Source of the DNA: Phoronis australis
Taxonomy: Eukaryota > Animalia > Phoronida
Direction: 5' to 3'
NCBI GenBank assembly: GCA_002633005.1
Contig: NMRA01000021.1
Coordinates: forward strand, 585,075-649,074
DNA: 64,000 nucleotides
The position numbers and the translations under genes are program-made. This document shows positions 51,150 to 63,817 of this stretch, piece by piece (positions within the stretch are counted from its first letter, which is position 1; every line of letters begins with the position of its first letter). The notes beneath the pieces were generated by a model, which did not search any database, was not told the origin of the DNA, and saw only the letters and a program-made list of their open reading frames with translations.

Positions 51150-52090
51150 GCCAGAAAATGTTTGGTTCACCAAGTGACTTTGTAAAGCTAATAAAAAATC
51201 ATTCCAAGTTTAAGCAAGGGCGTGGCTTGTTTAAACTTGGAATTGGGTAGAAAACAATTGAGAATGCATTCAGAGGTAATACAAAATGCATTTATGACAT
51301 ACTTTAACTGGTCAGAGAATATTTGCTACACTACAGGATTTTTTGTATAGAAGAAATTGAATTATTCCAAGTTTAAGCAAGGGCGTGGCTTGCTTAAACT
51401 TGGAATTGGGTACAAAAAACTACAAAATGCTTTCAGGGGTGTTTCAAAAGTAATAGAAAATGCATTTACAATGTATTAGAACCAGAGAAAGAATGTTTGG
51501 TTAACCATGTGATTTTTTGTAAGGTGGAAACTGAATTATTCCAAGTTTAAGCGAGTCACGCCCTTGCTTAAACTTAGAATTGGGTAGAAAAAAGTGCGAA
51601 TGCGCTCAGAAGTGTTCCAGAATTATTAGAAAATGCATTTAAAATGTCTTGCTACCAGTTACCAAATGTTTGGTTCACTATGGGATTTTTTGTAAAGCAG
51701 AAATTGAATTATTCCAGTTAATGCAAGGGCGTATCTTGCTTAAACGTTGAATGGGGTTAAAAATGTAAATGCGCTCGAAAGTATTCTAAAGGTAACAGAA
51801 AAAAGTATTTAAAATGTATTGCAACCAGTCAGAGAATGGTTGGTTCACCACGTGAGTTTTTCTGAAGCAGAAATTGAGCTTTTTTAAGTTGAAGCGAGCC
51901 ACGCCCTTTCTTAAACGTTTGGTTCACATCGCGAATTTTTAGAAAAGAAATTGAATTATTCCGAGTTTAAGCAACCAGTGTGGCTTGCTTAAACTCGGAA
52001 CTGCGATTCGGAATGAGCTCAGAAGTGCTCGAAAGGTAATAGAAAAAACATTTAAAAAGTATTGCAGCCAGTTAGAGAATGTTTAATTCA
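51150..52090. repeat. ~170-bp satellite-like tandem array, each unit with a ~41-bp hairpin
   Basis: TTCCAAGTTTAAGCAAG-N7-CTTGCTTAAACTTGGAA variants at about 51202, 51365, 51539, 51711, 51885 and 51959, with homologous inter-hairpin sequence. Confidence 0.9.
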
Positions 52091-52937
52091 CCCCTTGATC
52101 TAACGTCAACCAGGCACTAATTTCAAACATTCAGCTTTATTTTTATGTATTGGAATAGGCAGCAACACAGAAATAATACGACTCAAATGACCACCGTAGC
52201 CGCCATAGGGCTATGACCTTGAATGCCGGTGCATTACTGAGGGACATGTAATCACAATACAGTCCTTAAATGATTTTTTATTCCAGTCCCTCCGTACTAA
52301 CCAGTGTTCATGACCAGGCCACGGAAGCTTCATTTCGGTTCAGTAACGATTTCAGCCCAAGCGCCTTGCCCTGTGATTGTGTGCCAGGCAGCCGCTTAAT
52401 TGACCAAGTTCACGCAAGATTCCAAGTTGACGTACGGAGTTTGTCAGTTTGCTTAATCTCAAGATCACTTGCTTGATCTTGGAATTCCATGTTGACGCAG
52501 CACTCACTTCCGCTTATTCTTGAGATTAAGCAGGATTCCAAGTTGAAGTACAACAGAGTCACGTCCGCCATCTTGGTTTGCTTTTGGTGTTTGTGCACTG
52601 CTCGATCTTAGTTCCCTCGAAGCCTCAGTTCGTCTTTCTTTAGTCGGCATGACGACCCACTTATTCTAGCAATAGTTTGAAAACTTTTGTGATACAAATT
52701 GGAGCCTTATAACACGGTAGAACGGTGTTTTGCTTTAGAAAAAACGACAGTAGGCAAATGTTTTCGCCAGCATTCGCGTGAACATACTGTACTAGTTTAA
52801 AATAGTTTTGTGTGCGTTCTGTGCCAGACCCAAATTGTCACAACGTCCCAAATTTTAACAAATTTAAAATTGTAACAATTTGCGTCAGCGCTGTAAACCC
52901 AAATTGTCACAATTTAGGCAAACTGTTGCAATTTTAA

Positions 52938-54327
52938 CATGCTGTGAACATTCCCACTATATAAGATTGGTCCTCACCCCAGTGATTAAGGTAAACGGTG
53001 GGAAATGGAAAATTGAAGTAGACCGTATTTATCGATGGCTGAGACGCGCTCGGCTCATGCTCAAAGGGATGCCGCCAAGCTGCTCTAGTCATCGAGTCAC
53101 GAGCGAGGATAATTGGCTTCGCTCATGCGGATATGATCAGCTGATTGCAATCTATCTAGCAGACTGTACTTTTTATGGAGAGAGTTTTACGTAGTTTTTA
53201 CTGTAATATTTGAAAAGAGGAGCGAAAACAAATATGAGTACAACTTTGAATTTTTCAAATCGGCCCAGGATAAGAGATTTTGCAACACAGCAACACTCAC
53301 GATTACTTTCATTNNNNNNNNNNNNNNNNNNNNNNNNNNNNNNNNNNNNNNNNNNNNNNNNNNNNNNNNNNNNNNNNNNNNNNNNNNNNNNNNNNNNNNN
53401 NNNNNNNNNNNNNNNNNNNNNNNNNNNNNNNNNNNNNNNNNNNNNNNNNNNNNNNNNNNNNNNNNNNNNNNNNNNNNNNNNNNNNNNNNNNNNNNNNNNN
53501 NNNNNNNNNNNNNNNNNNNNNNNNNNNNNNNNNNNNNNNNNNNNNNNNNNNNNNNNNNNNNNNNNNNNNNNNNNNNNNNNNNNNNNNNNNNNNNNNNNNN
53601 NNNNNNNNNNNNNNNNNNNNNNNNNNNNNNNNNNNNNNNNNNNNNNNNNNNNNNNNNNNNNNNNNNNNNNNNNNNNNNNNNNNNNNNNNNNNNNNNNNNN
53701 NNNNNNNNNNNNNNNNNNNNNNNNNNNNNNNNNNNNNNNNNNNNNNNNNNNNNNNNNNNNNNNNNNNNNNNNNNNNNNNNNNNNNNNNNNNNNNNNNNNN
53801 NNNNNNNNNNNNNNNNNNNNNNNNNNNNNNNNNNNNNNNNNNNNNNNNNNNNNNNNNNNNNNNNNNNNNNNNNNNNNNNNNNNNNNNNNNNNNNNNNNNN
53901 NNNNNNNNNNNNNNNNNNNNNNNNNNNNNNNNNNNNNNNNNNNNNNNNNNNNNNNNNNNNNNNNNNNNNNNNNNNNNNNNNNNNNNNNNNNNNNNNNNNN
54001 NNNNNNNNNNNNNNNNNNNNNCTACAATAAGCGTCCCCTCCCCGTAAAATGAATTTTTCTAAGCGTTTGTTTGAGCCAATACAGTATACAGCTTTCCACC
54101 AAGGCTAGGTGATGCAAGACATTATTCTTTGTTGCATTATAGTAACTGGTCTTGGCTAATTATCATTTTATGGCCTGGTCATCCATTCAGCCCAAAGTAG
54201 TTCCAGAGGTGGCTTATCAGCCAATTATTCACGCATGCTGACTCACAATAGAAGCCTGATAAGAGTGAAGGTGGATAAATGCGGTGTTCCTACAGTTTCT
54301 TGTTTTAGTGGATGTGTTCACGACATG
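52938..54327. mobile_element. Second insertion of the CATG-ended element (interior hidden by the N gap)
   Basis: 52938-53310 matches 22648-23025 and 54022-54327 matches 24092-24398. It is absent from copy 1 at 28904-28907. Confidence 0.85.
53314..54021. other. Assembly gap (N run)
   Basis: Run of n. Confidence 1.
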
Positions 54328-56356
54328 AAATTGTAACAATTTGCGTCAGCTATGTAAGCCCTAATTGTCACACTTTGCCCAAATTGTCACAGCTTTTGTC
54401 ACAACGGCCCAAAATGTCACAATAATTTAAAACGTGTCAGGGGAGTATTCTAGCTATAAAGATTGGATTGAGTGTTCGGCCCGTGAAAAAGGGCGCGCTT
54501 TCCCAATTACAGGATGAAACTGATGTTGCAGTTGTATGAATTCACGAGAACGATCACCAGATCAAGCGTGTGCATGCATTGACCGTCAAAGTTGGGTTGG
54601 AGAGCATTTTCGTATTCCAAAACAGGACTGCAGACCCACTCTTATCGTATTGGCTTAGAACGTGAAAAACATTCGAAGTGATGCTCTTTTAAAATAGGCT
54701 TAAAATACCATACATGTACTAGTGATCAAGTACTGGCCGGTACTCAACTCCACCTGCACAGCGGTTAACCCGCGAGCGCGGGGTTGCAGGTTTCGAATAC
54801 GCCCTCTGGATGATCATACAGATAACATTTTATTTCACCGACAATGTCCTTTTAAATCATTCATCAGATTACTCGATCTCAACTTATTTCGTACTCATAT
54901 TAGAGTTGATTTCTGGATTTGGTGAGAACTGGCAATTTTTTATTGCTATCTAAGTTGGTTTGTCACGGCGTGTCATTTTATAAGCAGGCCATGTAGTTGA
55001 CCGTGGGGTATAGGAATATGAAGATAGGCTACTGTGAGACAAAATCAATCATTAGACACCAGCATCATCATACCTGGTTTAATATTCCAATTACACCTCT
55101 TTCTTGACGTTTTGCATAACTCACTTTGCTCTATTCAATGAAATTTATAGACTCCGAGAGTGAAATACGCAATTTTACACAATTGAATTGCATGCAACTT
55201 ATGGGTAAATTAAGTGCTGTTGAACAAAACGCTGGCAGCCAGTTCCGCCTCATAGTCACCTCATCTCTCTAGTCGTAAATGGCCTTGGAAGCTTTTCGAG
55301 GCAACGGAAACAAAGCCTTCATAGTAAGGGAAAATTTGAGGCCTTTTTATAGGGGCTAGTCATGATTTTGATTCATCAGAAAGCAAAACGGGAGGAAATT
55401 TAGTTTTAAGATTACTGCATTATGAATATTTCTACGGGATTATATCGTGAGTTTCTTTGTTAAAATGGCATTCACATACTTTGAAATAAAATGGAAAATG
55501 TTTCCTTTGTTGTCCAAAATTGCAAACAAAGTCACACACAAAGACCAAGTTAAGTCACGAGTATGAAAAAGAGGCTGATCTTGAACAAATGAACAAACAT
55601 GTATTAAGTAGCGTTGAAATGTAGCTCATTACATGGGTTGCTGTGTAGGACTTTCAGAGATGTTTACTAAACTCATTTCTTCGGATAGTAATATCAGTTA
55701 TCCTGATCAATAAGTGAAGTGTATGTTACCGTAAACAAGAGACAATGGAACACATTTTACGATGGTTATGTTACCAAAGAATTTGGACTCTGGAAAATAA
55801 CATATTCGTGACAAAGAGATAATGTTTTATTTTGAGCGCCCGCTGTATAGTTATCACGGTAAATATTCGAGAACGAAAAACGAGACTACATTGAAAAGCG
55901 GAACTTGAGGATAAAGTGAGACACATTTGGTTCCAAGGCAAAATGCAAGAGTAAAATGCCTTTCGCCGCAACACACAAAAACGTCCCGACAACGTTTGTT
56001 ATTGTGGAACGGGAAACATAACAATCAAAAAATCAAAAGTACCCGGCGGTGTTTTTTTTTCTTTTTATTTTATCCGAACGACATATTCTCGCGGAACGCG
56101 TCCTATTCGCTAATAATCGCAGCTTGCTGGCGAGATGAGCAAAAGTGCTTTGCCAATCACCTTCGCTAACCATTAAATTTTGTTGTTGTGAAACATGATC
56201 GGTGTAATAACCAATTTTTCATCATCGATGGTTCATAGAGTAAAACATTTACGATATGGTTCACTCGACGCCAAGTCAACACCCTGATGCTCGCCTGCAC
56301 CCTCACTAGGCGGTTGTCTTGGAAATTTTAGTGCTGAATTCCTCAACTGTCGATTC

Positions 56357-57595
56357 CTAGTCTATGAAAGTGATACACATATCGTTACGTTCTGAGAACG
56401 CAACAACTGAGCAGCAACGATTTCTTCTACAACTGTTCAAACAATGGATCCTGCTTCGGGCATGTTCAGAGTGTATCTTCTGAACTTTCTTGGTGCTGTT
56501 TACAAACACGAAAGTGTCACCAACACGAGCGTATATTGTAACTTGCCCAGGGTTTAAATAGTTCAGTTCTCTACAGGAGGCTGTCGCAGAGGATGTCTGA
56601 CAAACTTTCGTACAGCCTGTAAAACATCACAGATATTTTTACTTCTAAAATCTATTGACATATTCACACAAACACTAGCCCATTTAAATTGTCACCACAT
56701 TTCGGTTGGTCATGTATCCGGCTATCTTAAGCTGTTACAAGCTTACAGCGTTTTTAGAGGCACAGGAACGGGTGGTCATTGATTAGAACTATTTTCATAG
56801 ACAACGGTTGTCGCGAGAAATGACCGACCGAAACTTCGTGACAATATCATGAAATAGCTTTTAGATATCATTTTACAACGCCACCGCCTCAAATAGGTTC
56901 GAGAAAGCTCTGTTTTTTCATTATTTTCAGCATTGGAATGAATGACAGTTACAAATACTTACACATCTACCTCACTGCTTCGTCACCGGGCTTTAAAACG
57001 TCAGTGTAAAAATTTAGCGTTGAGTAAGGCCAGGTCCTAAGTCCGGATGTAGCGAGAACAATTGAAATCGACAATTAATGCTGCGTTTTGTTTAAAGTGC
57101 GAAACGTTATGTCTGATGTTACAGATTTTTCATGTTCAAATTTCAAAATTGAAACTACCGCTATCTTAAAGAGCCACGTTGATGGGCAATGTGTAAATTA
57201 AAATCCAAGTATCAGCCGCATTAGCTGCAAAACTGGACTTAATACTTAATATAACGATCTCCTGAAGATGAGCTGACAGGGCATAATATCTGGTTAGAGA
57301 ATATGGTACCGTTTTCTGGAGAAACAAAGATTCATTATCGATTACGCGTTATTCACTCACATTAATGGTACTGGACAATAGTCCCATATCACTGAAGGGT
57401 CAGTTGTAAAACACCAAGGTGACGTTCTCCCGTATGCGTTCCTGCAGTAGTTTTCAACTGTGAATGCATTACTCTGTATATAATGAGTATGAGGAGTCTG
57501 TGCATCCCATCTCTGACACGTCCTTCCCGACCTCGTGACTGACATGGTTCCTTGGTAATCCTCGCCGGACACAAGGAACTTACATTCACGGGCGT
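56357..57595 (-). pseudogene. Duplicate K3 exon (57361-57595) and PAN exon (56357-56616), frameshifted at the K3 donor
   Basis: The exon ends CCA TTA AT|gt (235 nt) versus CCA TTT T|gt (234 nt) in copy 1. Splicing gives ...PLMLYESLSDILCDSLL*, losing the 6th kringle Cys and the PAN module. Confidence 0.7.
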
Positions 57596-58477
57596 CTGTA
57601 ATAACTGTTGTAGAAGGAGGTCGATTATGGCATTGTTTATTCGTTTGACAAATGGCCGCCAGTAGTGCAAACATGTAAACATTAAAATTTGCAACTTCGT
57701 TTCCTCGAAACATTCAGACACTGGTATGTATCACAGAAAGTCGAGACAGTAATTTAGTAAACTGCGACAGCGTTTTCGGCAGTTCGTTTTGAATAATTTT
57801 ATCAAAAACTTGGTCGTGTCATTAATAAAGGTGTTTTGATATAAATTTGTAAATTTACCTTTGTTTTTCACAACCTTTAAGTAAAAATTCATAACGACGA
57901 GATGTTGTCAGCAGTAGGTCGGTATCATTTTCAAAATCAAATTCTAGTCATTTTCTACTTTCAGAAAATATATACTGTAATGAATTGAATTCACTAGTTC
58001 TGGAAATATTTGGCTGCATGTTGGTCAGGTTAGTCATGATCTTACGTAATACGCGATTGAATCTCTTTAACAAAAGTTCCATCAGTCGAGAAATAACTTT
58101 AAAGTGAACTTTTTGAAGATAGCAATCGACCTTACATTTGAGTTTTCTTTGCTATCCAAATTTCTTTAGTTTATAAAAAGAAAAGATCAATGTCCTTTAA
58201 ATATGGTGGCCATTTTGAGGTCGTCCCTGTCCTCCTCGGTCCCCACGTTCCCGCATTCAACTAATCCCAAACTTATGCTAAACCGCCCCGTTGTTCCCCG
58301 GCGTCATATGTTCCCTAGTATTGTTCGTCCCCAGTTCCGCCCCATGTTCTCCCAATTCGATGGTCCCAGGTCCCGATGTTCATTCTGCTTCTTAGAACAA
58401 GTCCAAAATTAAAGTTAAGTTGAAATTCAGAATTGACATTAATTTTCCGAGCTTGTTGGAGGGTAGAATGGTGCGCC

Positions 58478-58806
58478 TTATTTGTCTGAGCCGTCATGTA
58501 AAGAACGGTGACTAAAAGGTACACTAAGAAAAACACAATTCGCATGATTTCGCTTACACATAATCAGTGGCACACGTTTCATGTTTGGACGTTGCTTAGA
58601 GATAATGAAGTAACAAGATCCTGTGTAATTTGCATTTCCTATGCTGCATATAGACGAAGTTTCATAACGGCTAAATCGTCGTGAGAGACCGTCTGGAGTT
58701 GGTATATGGTGCAACTCCGGACGGCCTGGTGTCAACAGAAAAACACATTTTAACTGTGAGTCTACGCCAAAGTGATAAACGAGAGTAGTTCTACTTGCTG
58801 CGTCAG
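58478..58806 (-). CDS. Duplicate of the putative PAN-like terminal exon, with stop-loss extension
   Basis: Same acceptor as copy 1. AAC ATT TAA has become AAC ATG AAA, extending the frame by about 33 aa. Confidence 0.4.
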
Positions 58807-59044
58807 CTGCAGGTATGCTTATCTCTTTTATGACACACAATGTGTGACAGGGCAACGCATTTTCAAAATAATGTGGATAAATCAGTGGAGTTTGAGACCC
58901 CTGAGGCCCCTGTCAAATCCTCACGACAATTCTACGTTATGTTCACATAAAGGCTGATACGTGGATGGGGGCCAGTTAGATTTCTATATCTGTTTGAAGA
59001 ATTTTCCGTAGACATTTCACCTCTATGGAAAACCGTGCGCTTAC

Positions 59045-59284
59045 CCGAGCATAATGGAACCGGACAGTATTGCCATCTGACGGAAGCATTTGCTGTGTAG
59101 CACCATGGAGATTCGGCATTGGCTAACCCCACATTTCGGCAGAAGTTTTCATGTACTCCTTCGAGATTGTCGTGAGCGTGTGGGTGTTGCGTATCCCATC
59201 GTTGACATGGTATGCCCCACAAGGTAATATTTATTGTTCCGTTGTACGAATATCCCCGACTATCGTGCTTACAATCTTGATAGC
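59045..59284 (-). CDS. Duplicate kringle exon K2 (intact)
   Basis: 240 nt, splice sites intact, two amino-acid changes (T>A, P>A) versus copy 1. Confidence 0.88.
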
Positions 59285-60593
59285 CTGTGAAAACATCACA
59301 CATGTTTTTACTTGTAAACTCTGTTGATCTACTTACACATACTTCAGCCTATTTAAATTGGCACCTCGTCATTTATCCGACCATCTTCAGGTGTTGCATT
59401 CTTACAGCGTTTTAAGAGGGTCACGCACAGGATCTGGTATGTTCTTGGTGGTCATAGATTAGCACATTTTTCTTAGAGCACTGCAGGATTTGAACATCGG
59501 ACCTTTCGATTCGCAGTGTGGCATTCTATAACACCTGAAGATGTCTCGTGGGAATTACTTCAGTCATCTACGCCACTCTCGGTACGTTTTGTGTATTTAA
59601 ATATTATTATTATTACACTCTGTTATTTTTCGCATTTTGGTAATACTCTTGATTTTTAGAAGTACAAGAAATAAACCAGTCAGGTATGGGAAAAGATAAT
59701 GACTTACTAATTAAATTATATATATTTTGCTTGTGGCATAATCATCAAGAACTGACAAAGGGCTTTGTAATGATATAGCTCTTAATCCAATTTGGCTGAA
59801 AAAACGGTGGAGTTGCTACAAGTTTCAATGACAGTCAATTCCATAGCAAATACACGCAACGAAACAAACTAATGCAAACAACTCTCATGCAGCCACACGA
59901 TCGGAGTGGGCATTTTGGGTCTAAATTTCTATCAGCACGCGACATCAGAAATCGCCATGACATCATGCTAAACATGCAAAAAGGCATAAACGCAAAAGCT
60001 TAGTAGACACTTTGTGTGAGTGAAATCCTTGATAAAACGATCAATTTGAATTTACTAACGAAGAAATTCTTCGTATTAGTTTACTCACATCAAATAAACT
60101 TTTTCCCAATCTCATCATCTCGCCATCCTATCGTAGTTCTGAAATTGGCGCGCTTTTGATGGCTAATTACGCTTTCTTGCGTAACGCTAAAATAGCTGCA
60201 AGACTAGAAAAGGTGGCAAGCACCAGCGCGCTCATTAGAAACAATATTTGTCAGCTCCGTACGACTTTATTCATTCGGAACACTTCTGATATTTTCGTAG
60301 ATTTCTCCTCGTAGTTAGGTGAACGTTTTCTGCGCATGTACGAGAGGTCACGTGACTGTCAAGTTGGAGAATGAATTTCCTGTACGGCTGAAGTTCGCAC
60401 ATGCGCAGATCAATTATGTTCACCCTCTAGGGGAAAATTACCCGCGGTGTTTCGTTATCGTTTATATAATTATATAGTATGTAGCGATGTACGCTCTAAT
60501 GTCATACGGAAATTGAGGATCATTGTGTCCAACTATCCTGGACACGAAAGATTACAGTCACGGCATGAAAAATAAATTTACAGAAATTAGCAG

Positions 60594-61675
60594 TGTCATG
60601 TTGTTCCCCGTGTGGTGGGTGGGCGCAGGTTATTACACACCGGTGCTAATAGCTTTCGGTGCGACGATTGACTGAAGACTGGTTCGATTTAATAACTTTA
60701 TTAAACTCGACCGTACGTTCACAAGCCTACTCAAACAAAATGTCCGACCTATTGTCTGTTCTACGCTCCGGCCAGTGCTGCGAAGCCTTGACTTTTTGTG
60801 ATTAACTTCTCAGACACTTTCGGCAACTCAAATGTAACTCTCCAGTAACTGACTTGATTTTCAATTTTTAACTGACTGCCACAAGCCCGTGCTTGGATAT
60901 TTATAGTCTGAAGCAGTATTTTAGAACTTTTTACCAATTCAAGCACAGAATCCACACAATCATTCTACAAACATACATGTATACCAGGCTGTAGAATGTT
61001 CCAGATTACATTAATCACTTACATGCTAGATTCTTTTCACACCATTCTGTAGTAAACAAATTACATCATCAGTGTACTGACCTCAGGAGTCATGCCAGTT
61101 AATAACACAAACAGAACAAAAGCACAAAATACTTAAACTAAGAACAGTGTCAGCCCACTCCTGACAACACACCCCTGCCAAAGACAAAATTACTCTATAA
61201 TTTTCTAACACAAAATCATCTGACACAGATAGATAATCTCCTCCGTCTCTAAGTTGCTCCGTGACTTGACTCTGTTAGACGACTTAAATAATCGGCATCA
61301 ACGTTAGACTTTACCGGGATGTCATCTACATGGAATTCATAAATCTGCAGCGCTATTGCCAATCGCATGACTTCGGGACTTTCAATCTTGCAGCGCTGTG
61401 GTCTGTCTGTACCACGAATTCCGTCACAGATAAAACTGGAAGCGTTTAACAGCAAAGACTGTCGCCAAACACTCTTTCTCTTCTGTGAAGTAATGCCGCT
61501 CGCTCTCTTTAAGCTTTCGGCTGGCAAACAGTACGCAATAAGGAATGTCCCATCGTCTAACTCCTGCAGTAAAACTGCCCCTAAACCATCGTTTGATGCG
61601 GCGGTTCTGACAAGAAGTCAAGCCGAATAAAACTCACAAGCTCTGTGGTTGGAGCCAAAAGCCCTGTCGCTGACA
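60594..61675 (-). mobile_element. Duplicate of the Gypsy RNase H plus 3' LTR remnant (LTR 60594-61166)
   Basis: Reads FASRKLKESERHYFTEEKECLATVFAVKRFQFYL, more complete than copy 1, and KSNVDADYLSRL. Confidence 0.85.
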
Positions 61676-62751
61676 TGAATCCCAAGCGTTAAGTAATAGA
61701 GTCATTAAAACATATTTAAATTACTAAAATAAAACGGACTTTACTGGTTTATTGATCTGGTCGAAGGGTTTATTCTATCAAACAGTAATTCAAAGCTGGA
61801 GATTTCAGCAGTGAAACCGATTTTGTCCCTTCAAAGAAAAATACATCAATGAAAAAAATTTGAATGACTCAAGATATAGAAAAAAGTATTCCGAGAGCAC
61901 TTCTTTGATTTGCTGAGTTATACCAGGCAAAGACGAAAACGGAAATCATCAAAATTACACAAAACTAAACGATAAATTAAGATTGTGTCCGACCACTGTA
62001 TTCACTGATGAAATGTTCTGTGGTTGCATTATATTTCATCTTGTCTGCCACCCATCCAACTACCTTTAACTATACTTACCAACAGCACAAAACAGTGCCA
62101 AAAAGCACCTTTTCAATCCCAATAGAAACTTCGTCATTTTATCAGAATAAAAATTGGCCAACATGTATAGTCTGCTTCAACTTCCAGATCCCAACAAGGA
62201 ACGTGAATAGTTCATTTGGTTGCTGTTCCCCCATACATTTCATAGTTTGGGACGCCGATCGATTTAAACGACAATGGGTTCGTTCGTGCAACACATTTGC
62301 TTGTTGTCTCTGAGTGGTGGTCAGAATTGAAAAAAATTCTGAATAAAAACAAATTAGAACTTGCTAGGCCTACATATTGACCACGGATATTCAACGAACG
62401 CTGGACATGATAAATTGTTAACTGCAACCAACAAAAACGATCGTAAAATCAACAATAGTCGTTATTAACAAGAGATTCTAGCCATATAAATCTGTATAAA
62501 ACATCAAAAGTGTGATTAAAATTGAATAGCCGCTTTAAACGAGCGTGAGGAGAATTCCCATAGCAAATAGAATCATGCGAGATCCGCTCAATAATTAGTT
62601 CCACGCAACCCTCGTGGGGAATGAATACAATGGTGAGAACTATGGATCCGGATCCACCCAAGTGCACTGGTAGGTACATTGTGACTCAGGATTCATACTT
62701 TTGTATCCTGGACCATTTGGAAGAAAGTGTCGAGCGAGACCTTGCTGGCCC

Positions 62752-62917
62752 TGTCACGTTTTTCCCCGTGTGTGGGTGGGCGCAGGTTGTTACAGACCGG
62801 TGCTAATAGCTTTCGGTGAGACGATTGACTGAAGACTGGTTCGAGTTAATCCTTTATTAATCCCGACCGTATATTCACAAGCCTACTCAAACAAAACGTC
62901 CGACGTAATGTCTGTCT
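62752..62917 (-). mobile_element. Truncated third copy of the same LTR at a rearrangement junction
   Basis: tgtcacgtttttccccgtgtgtgggtgggcgcagg... matches 36495-36660. Confidence 0.85.
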
Positions 62918-63509
62918 GTATGCATTATACATTGTTCCTTGCTAGTTCAAAGCCTTAGGTTGTGCCCCTGATATTTACCGTCAATCTTAATGAAGTTGTA
63001 CGTAACAAAGTAGACGCTGTACTGTTCGTCTTCTTCACTGTCTTACTCACATTTTCTAAACATAGAATAAGTAATGCTTGTGTAAAAATCTTACACCTCC
63101 ATTTTGGTTGATATGAATTCTGATGAGACTGATCATCGTTCACATATATCAGTCTGATCATTCAGCATTATTCTTTGGATCGTTTTTGGTCAGGGACAAG
63201 AATTCGTATGAATTACTAGGGCTGATGAACAAACTTAGATCTTATATTACACCATTCGTTAATATTAATTCTTATCAACATCTTATAACATGACATACCA
63301 TTCTCAGAAACAGTGGAAATTAACCCTTTTTAAAGAATCATTTGTAATAAATTTTATCAACCATAATTGATTGTGCACACCTGTCGTGCACGAGCAGATA
63401 TAGTGCCTGTGTACACCTGTCGTGTACGCGCAGATATAGGTCCTGTGCACACTTGTCCTGGACGCGCAGATATACATGTTTATAGAGGGTAACAGGAAAG
63501 TCACTCAAA

Positions 63510-63815
63510 CAAGTGTAACGTGCGGCGCGACCCTGTTTGCTGCTCATTCAAAACAGGCTTCTCAAAAGCAATTAAAGGGACTCTAATACTTTCAAACGCA
63601 GCACATCTTGCTCCACGTAACGAATTGACGTGTTTTCCACAATTTCTTGGCGGGTGATTTTACGTGCGTGGCATTGCAGAAAATGATCTTGAGTGGCGCC
63701 ATTTTGAAGATGTATGAATAACCGACGGGAAAGACTGCAAACCGTTGGACCAATGTAACATTGCTTGACGTTTGAACGAAGACATTCGTTCATAGGGCAT
63801 ACAAACACTACACTG
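63510..63815 (-). mobile_element. Penelope-like element GIY-YIG endonuclease relic
   Basis: Reads VVFVCPMNEC...CYIGPTVCSLSRRLFIHLQNGATQDHFLQCH...LKVLESL*, with YIG-x-T, RxxxH and LE motifs. Interrupted by a MITE at 63818. Confidence 0.75.
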
Positions 63816-63817
63816 TG

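Larger units (their letters stand above)
52557..62751. repeat. Segmental duplicate, copy 2 of 28500-38724
   Basis: Co-linear with copy 1. It differs by the CATG-element insertion, a ~390-bp indel (copy-1 30090-30480) and a 957-bp deletion removing K1. Confidence 0.95.

Noticed and set aside
51150-52090. CRISPR-like array of palindromic repeats
   Set aside because: The spacers are ~130 bp and homologous to each other, there are no cas genes and the context is eukaryotic. It is a satellite.
53210-54052. 280-aa and 255-aa ORFs
   Set aside because: Artefacts of translating through the N gap.
62212-62679. Minus-strand ORFs that could be upstream exons of the kringle gene
   Set aside because: The frames are disrupted in copy 1 (38200-38650) and no consistent splice path to K1 or K2 was found.
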